From Amoebidium appalachense (taxonomy: Eukaryota > Protista > Ichthyosporea), in NCBI GenBank assembly GCA_963693365.1, contig CAVNZM010000002.1, forward strand, positions 11,774,328 through 11,838,327: a stretch of 64,000 nucleotides of DNA. The letters are read 5' to 3'. A program made the position numbers and the translations under genes. How positions within the stretch are numbered: the stretch's first letter is position 1; the number at the start of each line of letters is the position of its first letter. Below, piece after piece: positions 1-41,522 of the stretch. Below the pieces are notes generated by a model. The model ran no database searches. It saw only the letters and a program-made list of their open reading frames with translations, and had not been told where the DNA came from.

Positions 1-588
1 GAGGTATCATTTTTTTCCCCCTTTCCTTACACTTTTTGTCATGCTTTAGTTTTCCGTGGCAGCAATATTCTCAAGCCACAACAACCCCCCCCCCCCCCCC
101 CTCCCCCTCCTCCCCAACACATACACACACACACCCCTTCCCCCGCCCCTCCCCGCCCCCTCGGTTATCTCATCTGTTCTTCCCCCCCCCCCCCCCCCCC
201 CTCCCCCTCCTCCCTTTGGTTTTTTCATGAGACTTTTCTATTTAAGCAATCCGCTTCCATTCTAGGGCGCTAAAGCAAATAAACCCCTCCCTCTCTTCCC
301 TCATTACCTAATAGCCCAGCGACCTAGGGACGTATTTTTTGCCCATATTTTTTTTTAATGCATTATAGCTATAAAATCAAATTTGAATGGTTAATCCATA
401 CGTGATTTAATCATTTAGCTAACCAATCTGTTGGCATTTTAGGGCATTACAGCGAATGAACGCCTTCCTCTCCTCCCTCTTTGGTAGCCCAGAGACCCAA
501 CTTAGCAATTCATTCAAAGATAAATTGTGAATCTTTAAAACCGTAGAAAGCTTAAATCTTTAACTAACCAATCCGCTGTATTTTTTAG

Positions 589-793
589 GGTGCTACAGCA
601 AATGAACACCTCCCTCTCCTCCCTCCTTGGTAGCCCGGAGACCCAACGGAGCACCAATGTGGCCCGTGTCTCTTCCTTTGGAGACCATCACCAGGGGCAT
701 GCACCGGTCAGCCCCGCAGAACCCGCCACCCCGTCCACAAGGCAGAAATTGGCAAGTAAAATGAGAATGCAGTTGTGGGGTAGCTCGGAGTAG
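589..793 (+). CDS. Terminal coding exon of an unidentified upstream gene (C-terminus ...RVLQQMNTSLSSLLGSPETQRS...MQLWGSSE*)
   Basis: Donor GAG|gtatca at 3/4, branch-like ACTAAC at ~563-568, acceptor tttttag at 586-588, phase-consistent open frame of normal complexity ending TAG at 791-793. No recognisable domain. Confidence 0.6.
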
Positions 794-839
794 AGAGATG
801 TGAGGGATAACTGTTTTTTTTTTTTTTTTTTTTTGGGGT

Positions 840-879
<40 letters not shown>

Positions 880-980
880 GGGGGAAGGAATGACCCCAGT
901 TTGCTAACTTGACCGAATGTTAATGTGTGCAAAAGCGCTGTGATGTTGGTGGTGATTACTGTTCCTGATTTGGTATTATT

Positions 981-1012
<32 letters not shown>

Positions 1013-1809
1013 ATGGCTGCATGGGTGTATAAAGGGGTGGATGGGAACCCCCGGCTCGAGGGGAGGGGGGTAAAGGGGGGGGTCTGCATTTGTGTATAAA
1101 GGGGTGGGTGGGAGGAGTCTCAACGCAGCGGGGGGGGGGGGGGGGGGGGGGTTTGCTTTTGATGTCGTTGTTACTTGATCTATACATAAGATATCTGAAT
1201 TTAGAATTGGTATATGGAACTTCAGAGGTTAGCGGCCCATATACATATATTAGACAATGGCGTGTTCATCTTTGTAAATATGAATGCAAGGAAGGGTATA
1301 ATTCGAAATGTCGTTCATTGATTAGCTTAGAGAATACATGGGCCTTAGAAGACAGTTTTGTGGTGGTGCGCTAAGTGTATAATGACTGTGAATTGTTCTA
1401 GGCGGTGCTTCAAATTCTGGATGTTAGGTTCGATAGAAAATAGAGATCTTCAACGGGGGCGGCATAGATTGTTGAAGGCATGAATGAAATCTGATTCAAA
1501 CATTGTTGTATATTGAACAAAACGCAACACAATAAAATTTTAAAGGAGTCTTGCATGCGTCGCATACAATTGACCGAGTGTACTGATATAAAAGAATCCA
1601 GGCCGGAAAGCCGGAATATATATATATATATATATATATGCGGGATGATGTGATCATGTATCCCCCCCCCCCCCCCCCCAAACACGCACAAATACACATG
1701 CATACACATCTGCCTGCAAGCGCGCGCACACCCACAAACACACACATATATGTACACACACGGTGCACAAACCTACACAGATATCAACACACCCTAACAC
1801 ACACGCACG

Positions 1810-1846
<37 letters not shown>

Positions 1847-2601
1847 AAACACACACACGTGATTTTATCATTTTTACCCCACTCCCCACTCCACGGCCAC
1901 ACCAGCCTCATGCATGATGTTGCTGCATAGTATATTTTGATCATGTATTTGTTTTGTCAGTATTTATCTAAAGAACACCTAAGTAGGTTTTTGTTTACAT
2001 TGGTGTTATGGACACGATCAAATATAGAAAAGATCCGGTTAAAATATGAGACAAGAGTAGGTGAATGTGCATAATATAGTGTCTGTGCATGTGCGTGTGT
2101 GCGTGTGTGTGTGTGAGCCCGCTCTTGTGGACACGCAGTTGCAAATGCGGGTGCCCAAATAAGCGTGTGTAGGTGTGTGTGTGTGCGTGTGTGTGCATGT
2201 GTGTGCGTGTGTGTGTGCCTGAGGGAAGGAAGGCCCCTAGAGAGCTGTCATATAAAAAACGCTGCAAAAGTCCGAATGTAACCATAAGCCATGTATAGCA
2301 AACAATCCCACATCCCAAACACATTGCGATTAGCACATAAAGGTGAGGGACGGAGGGACATACATAATGTAATTGCAGTAACAATAGACCTCATATTAAC
2401 GCCTAATAACTACCTATTACAAAAAATGACTACAAACCACACAATGTTTTTTGTTCGGATACACGGAGCACCTCGTGTGAACGTGCGTGTACAGGTGACA
2501 AATGCCTGTGTCTGTCTACATGCAGTGTAGTGTGTCCACACGTGTGAAAACGAGGCTGGCTGGTCTCGGTGTGTGTGGTTGGGTGTGTGTGTGTGTGTGC
2601 G

Positions 2602-2637
<36 letters not shown>

Positions 2638-2719
2638 GATGTGCGTGTACACCCATGCACATGTGTGTGCAGCATCCCAACCACCCAGCACTCTCATCAG
2701 GCATGTGTGCCTTCGAGTC

Positions 2720-10642
<7,923 letters not shown>

Positions 10643-13600
10643 TTTTCAGGTTTAAGCAGCTACAGTCACTGTTGTTCCTCCGTATTGTTTCTATATCTCA
10701 TAAAGAGGGGAGGAGGAGTAATGAATGTTGCGATGTAGCTGGTTATTTCTCACTAGCAAAAGTACAAGCTATCAATGTGGACGTCTAGCAGTGAACATGA
10801 ACTTACATAACAAGATTAAAGAGAAACCCGGCTCAGAAACGAGGCAAAAAGATGGTAGCCCCAGGAATATCTACCAAGAAAATGCGTCTGATGAGCCAGT
10901 CCTCAAAACGTTGCTTTTACTTCTCTTCTCGCCCAAACAAACTTGCCCTCACTCCATCAAGCTAATAATCACAACGCCGCCTTTACAAAGAAAGAAACAA
11001 AAAATAAGAAATAAAAAGGAAAGAGCGAGGTTTGAAATCTTCCTGTAGTGCTCTAGGGAGCCGCGGTCCGGCGGGCCAAAAGTGGCTATAGTATAGCGCA
11101 ACCCCCCATTTTGTTATACAAGTATAAGGCACACCGATTGAATGAATTCAAACAACTTACAAGCCGGAAGGTAAAAGTATCCGCACCCATGGTGGTGATA
11201 TCGTTTTCAAGATATTCGAGGGGGAACCTACTAGTCTACCATCCTATACTCTGTTAGGCGTTTTTTGCACCAAATCCAGATACTGTGTAAAGGGTTGGTG
11301 ACATCATATCTACTGAGACCATCCCCCTCCCCCCGGCCCGCCCCCCCTCCGCGCGACTTCAAGTTCCCCCTCGAGGGCCCTCCCGCCCCTTCTTCCGGGC
11401 CGGCCCCTCCCACCAAAAGCTAGAGTAGCCTTGGAGGTACGTCTTGTTATCAAAGAACATGTGCTTATCACTTGTTTATGTGGTTGAAAGAGAAGTCTTG
11501 TTGGTGCCGACAGCCTAGGCCTCATCCTTAGTGCAGCCAATGTCGACAGCAAGCTCATATAGCAAGACTGTTAACAGCGCTCGCCATATTTCACCTCCCC
11601 ATCGATTTCTACCCAAACGAGTTTTTGGCAGCACCCTGTGTCTAACTCAAGAAGGGGAGTGGAGGGCAGGCCAGGCCCAAACAGCCAGCCCCCCCCCCCC
11701 CCCCTTCCCCCCCCCCCCCCCCCCCCCTCCCGGCGGCCGCCCGGCCCTGGCTCGGAGTCCCCGGCCCAACCCCTCCCCCTGCTCCCCACATCATGTGCTC
11801 AAGTCTCCAAACCTGCAAGCAAACAGATACTGTGGACAACCCCCCTCCACCCCCACGTACACACACAACGCGGAGGCTTTCGTCTTTTACGTACCACTTT
11901 GGTACCGGTGAATGCACAGCGCTATCCGAGCATAGTAGAAATTCATTTGTCGTAAGCGGATACGTACTTATACTTACCCCCCCCCCCCCCCCCCCCCCGG
12001 GGAATTAATCGTGCCGGAGAAACATCTGCTTAAAATTGTTCTCGAGATCTAGAACACAGTGATTTAGGTTCCTAGATGCCGGTATACTGGTTTGAGTACT
12101 CTAGTTGTGGTGGACAGAGTTCAGCCTTTATCTCTTGCTCTCATGGATCACAACAAAGTGAACCATGCTGACCTAATTAGAGGAGGGTTACCGGTCGGAG
12201 GGTTGGATGGCCCTCGGATCTGGTTTCTCGGAGCCTTGACCATGTATCACGGTGCATGTCCGTGGGTGGGGAAGGGGGTTGGGGGGTTGGTGGAGGGGAG
12301 GGGGGGAAAGGGGGGGGAAAGGGGGAGGGTTTGAGGAAGAGAGGCAGAATTAATTCGTGTCGTGGTCATGTGAACATCGACTCAGTTCAGCTCATGAGGC
12401 GCAGAGAGGTCACGAGGAGGCCAGCTGTCCTGGCGGTCCGTGCCACCACAGCCGAACTTGTCTATCCCAACTCCCTAGAACAAGTCCCTGAGATATACTC
12501 ACATTTTCAGATTCAGCTTTAATCATGTAATTAGTGAGAAACGTTAATAAATATAGTAACCAGTACTGACATTTTTATGCTTTTGCATACATTACAAATA
12601 TTTAGTAATCGAGAAAACTATTTAAACAAATAGCTTATTACGGCTGGCTCTACACTGTTACTGTACTTTCGTTGAATGACCGTAGAGTAGCAACGTATTT
12701 TTTCGTCGGCATTTCGGGTCACGGGGAAAGAGGTCCATGGTTGGCTCACTCGCATTGGTTGCTTTTCAGCGTGACGCCCACCAGTCGGGAACCCAAAACC
12801 TGGGTCCATTACCCCCTGAAATCTTGAAACCCATATCTTCATTTGTCAGTGATGTGACTATGGTATATAAGGTTAAGCCTTGTAAGACTAGAATGTACAG
12901 AGTATTTTTTTTTAAAAAAAACTTATAAGACAGGATATAGCACTGTTTCTGTAGCGCGCTTTTCCTTGGCCTGTCTACCTATTAGCGCTTAAACAAGAAA
13001 AATCATTCAAAAATGTAAAAGAAAATTGTAAGAAATGCCTGGTGACATTCTCCGCGCCCCCCAATCACGAGTATAGGGGTTTCGCTGGACGAGCCTTTTT
13101 TAGCTACAGCTTTTTCGAGCAAAACTGCTAGACCATCACAAATATTCAATATGAATATTTTCAAGGGGACTTTACTATATTTTTATAGGCAAAGACGGGG
13201 CTTAAACGAGGACCTCGATTAATTTTCTAGAACCCCTTGAACTGTCTGATTCTTTCCGTAACCCTTACCTTCTTCTACTTCGTGCCTGTAGCAACCATAC
13301 TGCCACGGGGAAAAGCCACCAGAGGCTTGAAGGCCAGATCTGAGAGGGCTTTGAAAAAAAATTTTTTTTTTTTTTTTTTTTTTTTTTGAAATCTCCATGT
13401 TCGGAACATCACAAGCGTAGGAGGAAGACTGAAAGCTTTCCAGAAGAGAACATACTTCGTCTTTATTCTAGAGTGCACGTGTGTTGGGAAGTGGTGCGGG
13501 CCCAAACAGCCGTCCATTCCTTTGCCACGTGGACTAGACTGTCTGCTGGTAGGATCTCGATTGTTCCGGAGATTCCATCACGCATGACGTCCTCATTTCA

Positions 13601-13793
13601 CCAAAAAGGTCCTCGAATCTTTACACACGTTATAGGTATTAGATCTACATTGTAGTGAAGTGAAATAGCTGCTTTGCGGCACGTTTCGGGAGGTGCATCC
13701 TTCCTTCCGACACACTCGCCTGCGGCAGCTTGTCAACTTGGATAGGGAAAGTCTTTCTGAAAGCACTCCCCCGAGTCCCTGTCAAGATAATTA

Positions 13794-33660
<19,867 letters not shown>

Positions 33661-33942
33661 GAGGAAGAAAGGGATGAATGGGTTGGATAGGATGGAATGG
33701 AATTAAGATGAGGGGATAATGGTGAATGCGATACATGTGCAGTTGTATAATGACAGAAATAATGGATTGTAACTTTCCGTCACTCCATTGCTCACGACCA
33801 GAGGGGTGGGATTTGCACACTAGACGTGGATCGATATCGAAGGTATCATTCTTCTGCGCTTGGCTTTTTTGTTTCTTTTTAAGGGGGAACTTCGGAAAAG
33901 GGGGGGGGGGGGGGGGGGGGGGGGGGAGGGGGAGGGAGAAGG

Positions 33943-33985
<43 letters not shown>

Positions 33986-34155
33986 TATTCAGATGGAAAG
34001 CCAAGGCATTGAATGTTTCTATGGACAAGAGACACGATCTCGGGATGTTCTCTGTTTAACTCTATTAGCTTTACAACTCGATCGTCGATAGTGTGTAAGG
34101 CCAATGCGAATCCTTTTTTTGTTTTCCTTTTTTTTTGGCCCTGTTAACTCGATAG

Positions 34156-34215
34156 ATATATTCCTTCGGGGGGGATGATACAGAGCGAGTCAGAAGAAAA
34201 GTGTTCGGGTTCTAG
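34156..34215 (+). CDS. Possible additional terminal PMR1 exon (IYSFGGDDTERVRRKVFGF*) via a GC-AG intron 33634-34155
   Basis: AAG|gcaagg fits the GC donor consensus; T-tract, gttaac and tag acceptor at 34153-34155; 20 in-frame codons. Confidence 0.4.
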   Translation: MYSFGGDDTERVRRKVFGF

Positions 34216-34622
34216 TGTCTGGATATGTATACGTAGTAGAATTGTACATGACTGAGATGCTGCTGTGATGTGATAGTAATCAAGACTGCCTGCATGCACT
34301 AAAATTGCATGCAGCTCACCATTGTGATACATATACCAAAGACGAGATATAATGCAGAAAATTGGCGGATAAAATAAAGGAACATGACTCTGGATGAGGA
34401 TTTTGTATTAAAAAAATCGGAGCAGAGAGACACGATCTTGCAGTTGTTCTTATTCTGTTACAGTTTTTGATGGTTTTCTTGAGGAAAGTGTTTGGGGGCG
34501 AGAAGATGGGGAGGGAGGGGGGGGGGGGGGGGGGGGGGGAGGGGGGGGAGGGGAGGAGGGGGGAGGGGAGGAAACCAAACCGGTTAAGTGCTCTCACGCT
34601 CAGCTGCAGCTGATCCTCTCTC

Positions 34623-34673
<51 letters not shown>

Positions 34674-34840
34674 CTCCTCTCTCCTCTCTCTCTCTCTCTC
34701 TCCCCCCCCTCCCTCCCTCCCTCCCTCCCTCCTTCCCTCCCTCCCTCCCTCACTCACTCCCTACCTCTCTCTCTCGAGCCCCCCATTTCCCCCCCTGACT
34801 CTCCTTTCTAGATCTGTCTCTTTCGCCCTCTGTGTAGAGT

Positions 34841-34885
<45 letters not shown>

Positions 34886-35279
34886 AAAAAAAAAAAATTT
34901 ATCGGACGGCCCTTCCACGACGACCCCCCCCCCCCCCCTTCCCCTTCGGACCAATCCTTCTTCAGTTTTGCTGTCCGGAAATACATGATATATCAACGTG
35001 ATCATATCTCGTTTCTCAAACCGGAGGTGAGTTTCGGTGAGTTAATGTGTGTGTGCATGTGTGTATGTATGTGCGTGCATGTCTTCGTGTACAGTTGCAA
35101 GTGTTCCTGAGTTACAGTATGCCATTCCGTGGTCACGGGTATCGGTCTGTTTGTGCGTGTTTAAGTTTTACTTACGTACATATATGCCCAATTATAACTG
35201 TAAACATATGCCACGATATCATTTGGGTAGAATAATCATAGTTTGCTTGCGATTATAATGTGGGTCACTGTGTTGAACC

Positions 35280-35341
<62 letters not shown>

Positions 35342-35344
35342 GGT

Positions 35345-35387
<43 letters not shown>

Positions 35388-35444
35388 GGCGTGTGTGTGT
35401 GTGTGCGTGTGCGTGTGCGTGTGCGTGTGTGATGTGTGTGTCAC

Positions 35445-35476
<32 letters not shown>

Positions 35477-35747
35477 ACGGTGTGTGTGTGTGTGTGTGTG
35501 TGTGCGTGTGTGTGCGTGTGTGTGTGTGTGTGTGCACCGCGTGTACGTTCCGTTGACCCAGTGTGTGGCTCACAGTAACTGTTTTTCTTTCCTGTGTGCA
35601 TCATGTCATTGACTGTATTGGTAAACAGAATGTGCATAGCCAAGCCAACACCAAGCTTTTTGGCCTGGCACGGTGCATGTGTGCCATCTCGGGTACTCAT
35701 TGTGTGCCACGGAATGTATACGTATGTGTGTGTCACGTTGCGCGTGT

Positions 35748-35791
<44 letters not shown>

Positions 35792-35877
35792 ACGTGTGAC
35801 ACTGTGTCTGTGTGTCTGTCTGTCTGTGTGTGACACTGTGTGTGTGTGTGTGTCTGTGTGTGTCTGTGTATGTGTGT

Positions 35878-35917
<40 letters not shown>

Positions 35918-36834
35918 ATCCAATACTGTAACAGGGCCGTGTGAATGCACTTCCCTTTTTCAGGGATAAGTAATGGCTGCCGCTGCTTAGCGGCAGGGTG
36001 CGCTTCGGGGTGAAACTTGAAACATGGCTGTTGTGGGATGGCACAGCAGCACGCGTGTGTCCCCAGATGTGGTCATTCTGTGTCACTATATTATGGGGCT
36101 TGGGCCATGTGTGTCGTTAAGTTTTGAACGGATAAAACGGTTTTCTCGGTTTATCATTCTAATAAATCTATTTCCAAGTTTAGTCATCTCATTATTTTTT
36201 ATAAAAAAAATGGGGGAGGGAGGGGGGAGGGGGGGGGAGGGGGGGAGGGTGGGGGGGGGGGGGGGGGGGGGGATTGGGGAGGGGGGAGGGGGGATCCCGA
36301 GGGGAAGTCCGCGGAAGTCGGGATGCCGGGCTTGTGAAGGGAAAGTAAAGGGGTCAAACCAGCGAAAGGAAAGGAGAAAAGGATGTTGCATATCATCGGA
36401 CTCTGCTCATAACTTCTCGCAGGCCGCGGGGCTTATAATTATATCAGTAGAAACGTGTGCACAGCACAATCGCTAACCTTTTTGTTTTTTTTTATTGGCA
36501 CTGCCGACAAAAAAAAATAGTGGCATTTATATAAAGTTCATGGTCACAAGAATGATTGATACATAATCGCGGATGCCATCAACCAGCAACGCTCTTTGAG
36601 CATAGACAGTACTTTTAATTTTAAGTTTAACATATAACTTTCTAAGTGGGAAGCTGAAATAACACGGATCATCATGTCTCATGCATGGGCTCGGTAGTAT
36701 CATCGGATGCTTAAACCTTATGTTGTGGGGTGACATACACACACCATCAGGCCAGCGCTACTGTCAGCTACATAGCATCATCATCCATAACGGTAACAGG
36801 TGGCTCTAAGACTAGTAGTCTAAACTAATTACAG

Positions 36835-38292
36835 GCAACCTGCCCCCGGAGCAGCAGGCCACCTAGCAGATGCTGCACCTACATCCGTGCAAACCAGCAG
36901 GCAACACCCCTACCGGCCGACCCCCCCAGCAACCTCCCCCCCCCCGAGCACCCCCCCTGGGGCAGACCCCCGAGCCACAACTGCACAGCACACCCAGCTG
37001 ACCTGCAAAACCCCCCCGCCCCCCGGAGACTCATCCCCACGGACCTGGTACCCGAAACCGGCTGACCAGGGAATACCTCAAGGAAGGGGCCGGCAAGACG
37101 GAGGCCATGTCCGTCCTCACCGACCCCCGTTTACTCCCAACCGAGAGGGACCCCTTGAAACTCAACAAGGGCCCAGCCCAGGCATCGATTCGGGCCGTAA
37201 AGGGCAACACTCGGAGCCTATCACTGGCTATGGGCACCCTACCGACCCTGGCCAGGCTACACCGAGACCACCCGACCATCGTCACGGAATGCATGTGCCC
37301 CAGGTGCAAACAGCACCCGGAGACGACGGCCCACCTCTGGTCCTACTCGGCACATGCCGAGGAAGCCCCCTCTCTGACCACGGCCATCACGGCATGCATC
37401 TACAACGTGCTGTACTCCCGTCACCCCAAGACCCCCACGGCCCAACACCGGCAGATAGCCAACACGGCCACCTCCCAGTGTGAGTGGCTCAAGTGGATCG
37501 GAGGCCGGGTAGCCCGACCCACAAGACTCCGAGGACATCAAGTGGGTCACACGGGGTTTTTGCCCACGATCCGTGGGGCCCCTACTAACAGACCTCGGCA
37601 CCACCGAGCCCACGGCACGGGCCATTTTACCTAAAATAACCGTAGATTTGCAAACTTTTTTCTACACTAAAATATGGACACCACGAAACACGACCCTCCC
37701 ACCCACACACCCTAAAATGCACAAACACAAACACTCAAACACCACACGTAAACAGAGACGTAGAGCCCCACCGAAACCCAAACCACACACACCCACACAA
37801 CCCACACACACACAGGCAGCATGCCCATCCTGCAGACACACACATAGAAAAACCCAACCACTGCAACCCTAGGCTCTTAGACCATTACACCGTACTACTC
37901 CACCCAATACGTACAACACCACATACTATTAGGCAGCCACTCACCACCACCAGACCCCACCATACATTTTTATCCCCCGTAAACCCGCCCACCCCACACC
38001 ACACACTCCACCACTTTAGACGAACCAATGAGAGCCCAGTATTCAAGTTTATTCGTCGGTTCTGAGTGGAGGGGAAGCCTGGTGCTACCCACCGGCGTGG
38101 CTGGGGTTAATACCCTGGGCAAAGTGTGTATATATAGTTAGGATTGCTATAGGTGCACGTGTGCTAGTTTAGCTAATAGCATCGTAGCACCCTAGCTAGA
38201 GTACTGTCGGTTCTGGGTGGAAGACGGTAGTTCCCCAGGAGGGCCCCCAGGGGTACCTCCGGGAACAAAATGGGATAATATATAATAATAAA
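36835..38292 (+). mobile_element. 5'-truncated non-LTR retrotransposon (3' end of ORF2 with zinc-binding motif plus 3' UTR) with 13-bp TSD
   Basis: ORF 37107-37634 has LPTLARL...CPRCKQHPETTAHLW, typical of the C-terminal zinc-binding region after LINE RTs; TAA/A-rich tail at ~38275-38292; direct repeat aaactaattacag at 36822-36834 and 38293-38305. Confidence 0.8.
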
Positions 38293-38550
38293 AAACTAAT
38301 TACAGTTAGTACCGTAGTAAACTTCGATAATCGATACTAGACTCATATGTAAGATAATGGAGGTGTGCCGTCGAAGGAAACAGACTCGTCGCCGTCGTCC
38401 CGTTGTGCAGCAAGGTCACACTGTTCAACTTCACCACACCGTATTCATAGTATGGTTGATTATTATGCCCCGATGGGCTTGTGCTCGCGCCCCTGAGCGT
38501 CTATCTCCACCATTGCACTCTCATGCATAAAGTCCTCTGTGTTCACCGTC

Positions 38551-38960
38551 TTAACCTTCATTGCTTGTTAGCAAGCCCATCCTCAATATGCGCAACATTG
38601 TTCTCCTCGGCATCCACCAAAAACAGCGCAGGTAGGTATAGTGTAGTGCCGCACCCAAGGGACCACCAATCATGGGACCAAAGAAGACAATCCAATATTC
38701 AGAGAAGTCATTCGCGAAAACGGCTGCACCGAAGCTCCTTGCGGGGTTAATACCGCAGTTTGTCACGGGGATAAGAACCAAATGGGCTAGAAGCACCGCC
38801 AGACCAATAGCGAGGGGGGCCATAAAGGGTGCGCGGCCATTGGGTTCATTTGCCTTGGAGTCAACAGTTCTGCCATTGCAAAGACGGTGAAGGTGAGGAT
38901 GGCAGTACCGAAGACTTCCAAGAAGAAACCCTGAGCGATGCTTACGTCGGCAGTAACAGA
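38551..38960 (-). pseudogene. Aquaporin (MIP family) C-terminal half, frameshifted
   Basis: QGFFLEVFGTAILTFTVFA / TVDSK...APLAIGLAVLLAHLVLIPVTNCGINPARSFGAAV...WIVFFGPMIGG contains the second NPA box; ~8-bp insertion near 38870-38877 breaks the frame; no first NPA half or acceptor found upstream. Confidence 0.8.
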
Positions 38961-40210
38961 TAATGGGAGAAAATGTAAAGTTTACATTTTGGGTCGGTTC
39001 GTATGGTCCTCCCAGCGGACTATGAGAGTCCGCCTGGACTCTGAGAGTCCTGTCTTTTTTAACCTTCTACACGAACGTGCAGCCCACGTTCGGGAAATTT
39101 CATGAAAAGTCTTGCTTTATCAATATTCATAAATCCAGTCAAAAGAAGAAAAAAAATTTATTCATATGCCGGTAAAACACCCCTGTTGTGACGTCACAAC
39201 CAAAAGTACCGTGAAGTCAACCATTCTCACTTGAGATTTGTTTGTGTGCGTGTGTTTGTGACACAAACTTTGTGTGTTGTTTTGCACCGTCGTAAGGAAG
39301 CTTTCAAAGACAGTTTGTGAGTCCGTGTGAGTCACGAGAGGTTTTGTTTGTTCAGTGTTGCTTTGCGTGGCCTTTCGAGTTTGCGTGTCACGATAGGCGT
39401 GGTGCCTCGAGGTTTCGAGGTTCGACTTTTTATAGGAAAGGCCACTTCACAGATCTATTGTTTGCGTCTAGAAATGCAGGACTGATACCCCGGGCGCCTA
39501 GTGATTGGCAAATAGAAAGAGCTATAAATCAATGGTAAACTCCGCTCAGCCAACATGTGGCAACAAGCAAAAAGAGCAAGAAGACAGCTCTTGGTGGACC
39601 CAGTGCTAGCCGAGCCACCACATATGTATCATGGCTACTGCTGGTATGCAGTAGTACTAATTTGAGGTTGAAATGCACAAGTCACAGCCTACAGGTAGGT
39701 GCATACGACTTGACACTGAGTCACTGAGTGAAGAGCCCCGAGAAAAATTGTGCGTCACCACGCGCGTCATTTGGACCGGTCGAGACTCGAGAGGCGAGAG
39801 TCCTCTAGGCCTAGGCCTATCAGCGAATTCTTCTAGACAAAGATGCGCCTGCCACCTGCTTGCTTGAAGTTGAGCCTCTGAGCTTTATATATCAGCAAGG
39901 GGGCTTACCAATGTTTTTACAACCTGACAACAACCCACTGTGACACACTAGCATGCATGTGCTGCATGAATACCGTTACTGTGCACGGCGAGCGGCTGGG
40001 CTGCCGCAATCAATTTTGAACCGTATACTACAGGAGTCGCAAGCTCCACATTTGAGCCGCAAGCATTCATCATCCTTCGCTTACTTGAGAAAATCTGGTT
40101 ATTTTGAGCCTCTCTCTCTCTTTTTCTTATTATGTAGGCCTACTATATTAGCGCCTGACTTTGAAAGAGCTGAAGCTGAGCTGCCTGAATATTTGAAAGA
40201 CTACAATAAT

Positions 40211-40742
40211 CAATTCACCGATTTCAGATTCCTAATTGAAATTGGCAGGTCAAAAGTGGGGCCTAACCATCCTATCTATGCTGGTCATAGTCCAAATCCG
40301 TTTCTACTCAATAAAGCCTAAACTATGAATAGGAAACAGGCTTGGGCGCCTTAATTAAAAGTATAAAAAATAAAGCGAAACACATTGTTTATATAAGCAA
40401 CATAGGGTTTCCGGCGCGTTTTTGAGGTCAAAACAGGCAAAAGCACATGTTTTGCTATATGCGATCGACTCCCGCCGTCAGTCAGTCGGCAGTCAGGCTG
40501 GCCCCAGCCAGAAGCGGTTTTGGCTGGTTTTAGCTGATTTTGACGTTGAAGAAGCCGTCGGACACCCCAGACCGCCTATATCAACTTTGCGCGTCTTTTA
40601 TTTCCTACAATTTACTTAGAGGGTAAAAACCTCGTTTCTTAGTGAAATCGAAAATAAAGTGGCTTTGAGAGGCTGTAGATTAGTATTTGGCCCCGATTTA
40701 GGCCCCACTTTTTGGCCAATTCGATCTGAGACCGGTGAATTG
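40211..40742. repeat. Imperfect inverted repeat pair (degenerate MITE/foldback)
   Basis: caattcaccg...attggc...aaaagtggggcctaa (40211-40266) is the reverse complement of ttaggccccacttttt...ccaatt...cggtgaattg (40698-40742); weaker similarity extends further out. Confidence 0.55.
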
Positions 40743-41003
40743 CTCACTCTCAGGCTGCTCACAAGCTTCGCCAAGCCAATCTATTGTAGTTGCCCAGGAA
40801 TAAAATAGATCCACCAATGATAATACATTTACTTTCTCATTTCCGATTGGTCCAATACAGCCAGTACGAAGTTCCTGAGACATCCAATCGGTGTCAGTAT
40901 CAGCAGGAACACGGCAACCCATTCAGTCAGTCATGAACCACTACCCCCCCCCCCCCCCCCCCCCCCCCTTTCAACCATTACCCCTCCCCCCCCCCCCCCC
41001 CCC

Positions 41004-41035
<32 letters not shown>

Positions 41036-41387
41036 AGAGAGCATTGAACTGAGAATATCGATTCAGAAGCCACGTGCTCTGGAAGAAAAAAACATGCATT
41101 TCCTGCCGAAAACTAAATACAAAACGGGAAAGCTCGCAAGAGAAAGAAGCCAACAGCGCTATGTTGCATATTATGTGTGACAGATCCTCGGGGGGGTTTA
41201 CGCTGTTTACTCGAGGCAAAGAGAACCAGTCTCAGGTATGGGGGGGGGGGTTTTGCTCGGAATATCCCCTCAGCGGTATATCATGATCACGTACATAGAT
41301 GTCGGGTGGTGACTATATATCAGGGTTTACTTTCTCTACGAGACACCATAAAGACTACAAGGAGAAATCAATTAGTTGGGGTTCCCC

Positions 41388-41388
<1 letters not shown>

Positions 41389-41432
<44 letters not shown>

Positions 41433-41465
41433 GGGCTCCCCCTCGGGACACTCGGTATCAGCTGG

Positions 41466-41522
<57 letters not shown>

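Noticed and set aside
39953-40922. ORFs 39953-40321 (+) and 40698-40922 (-) as genes
   Set aside because: No recognisable motif; their mutual similarity is explained by the inverted repeat.
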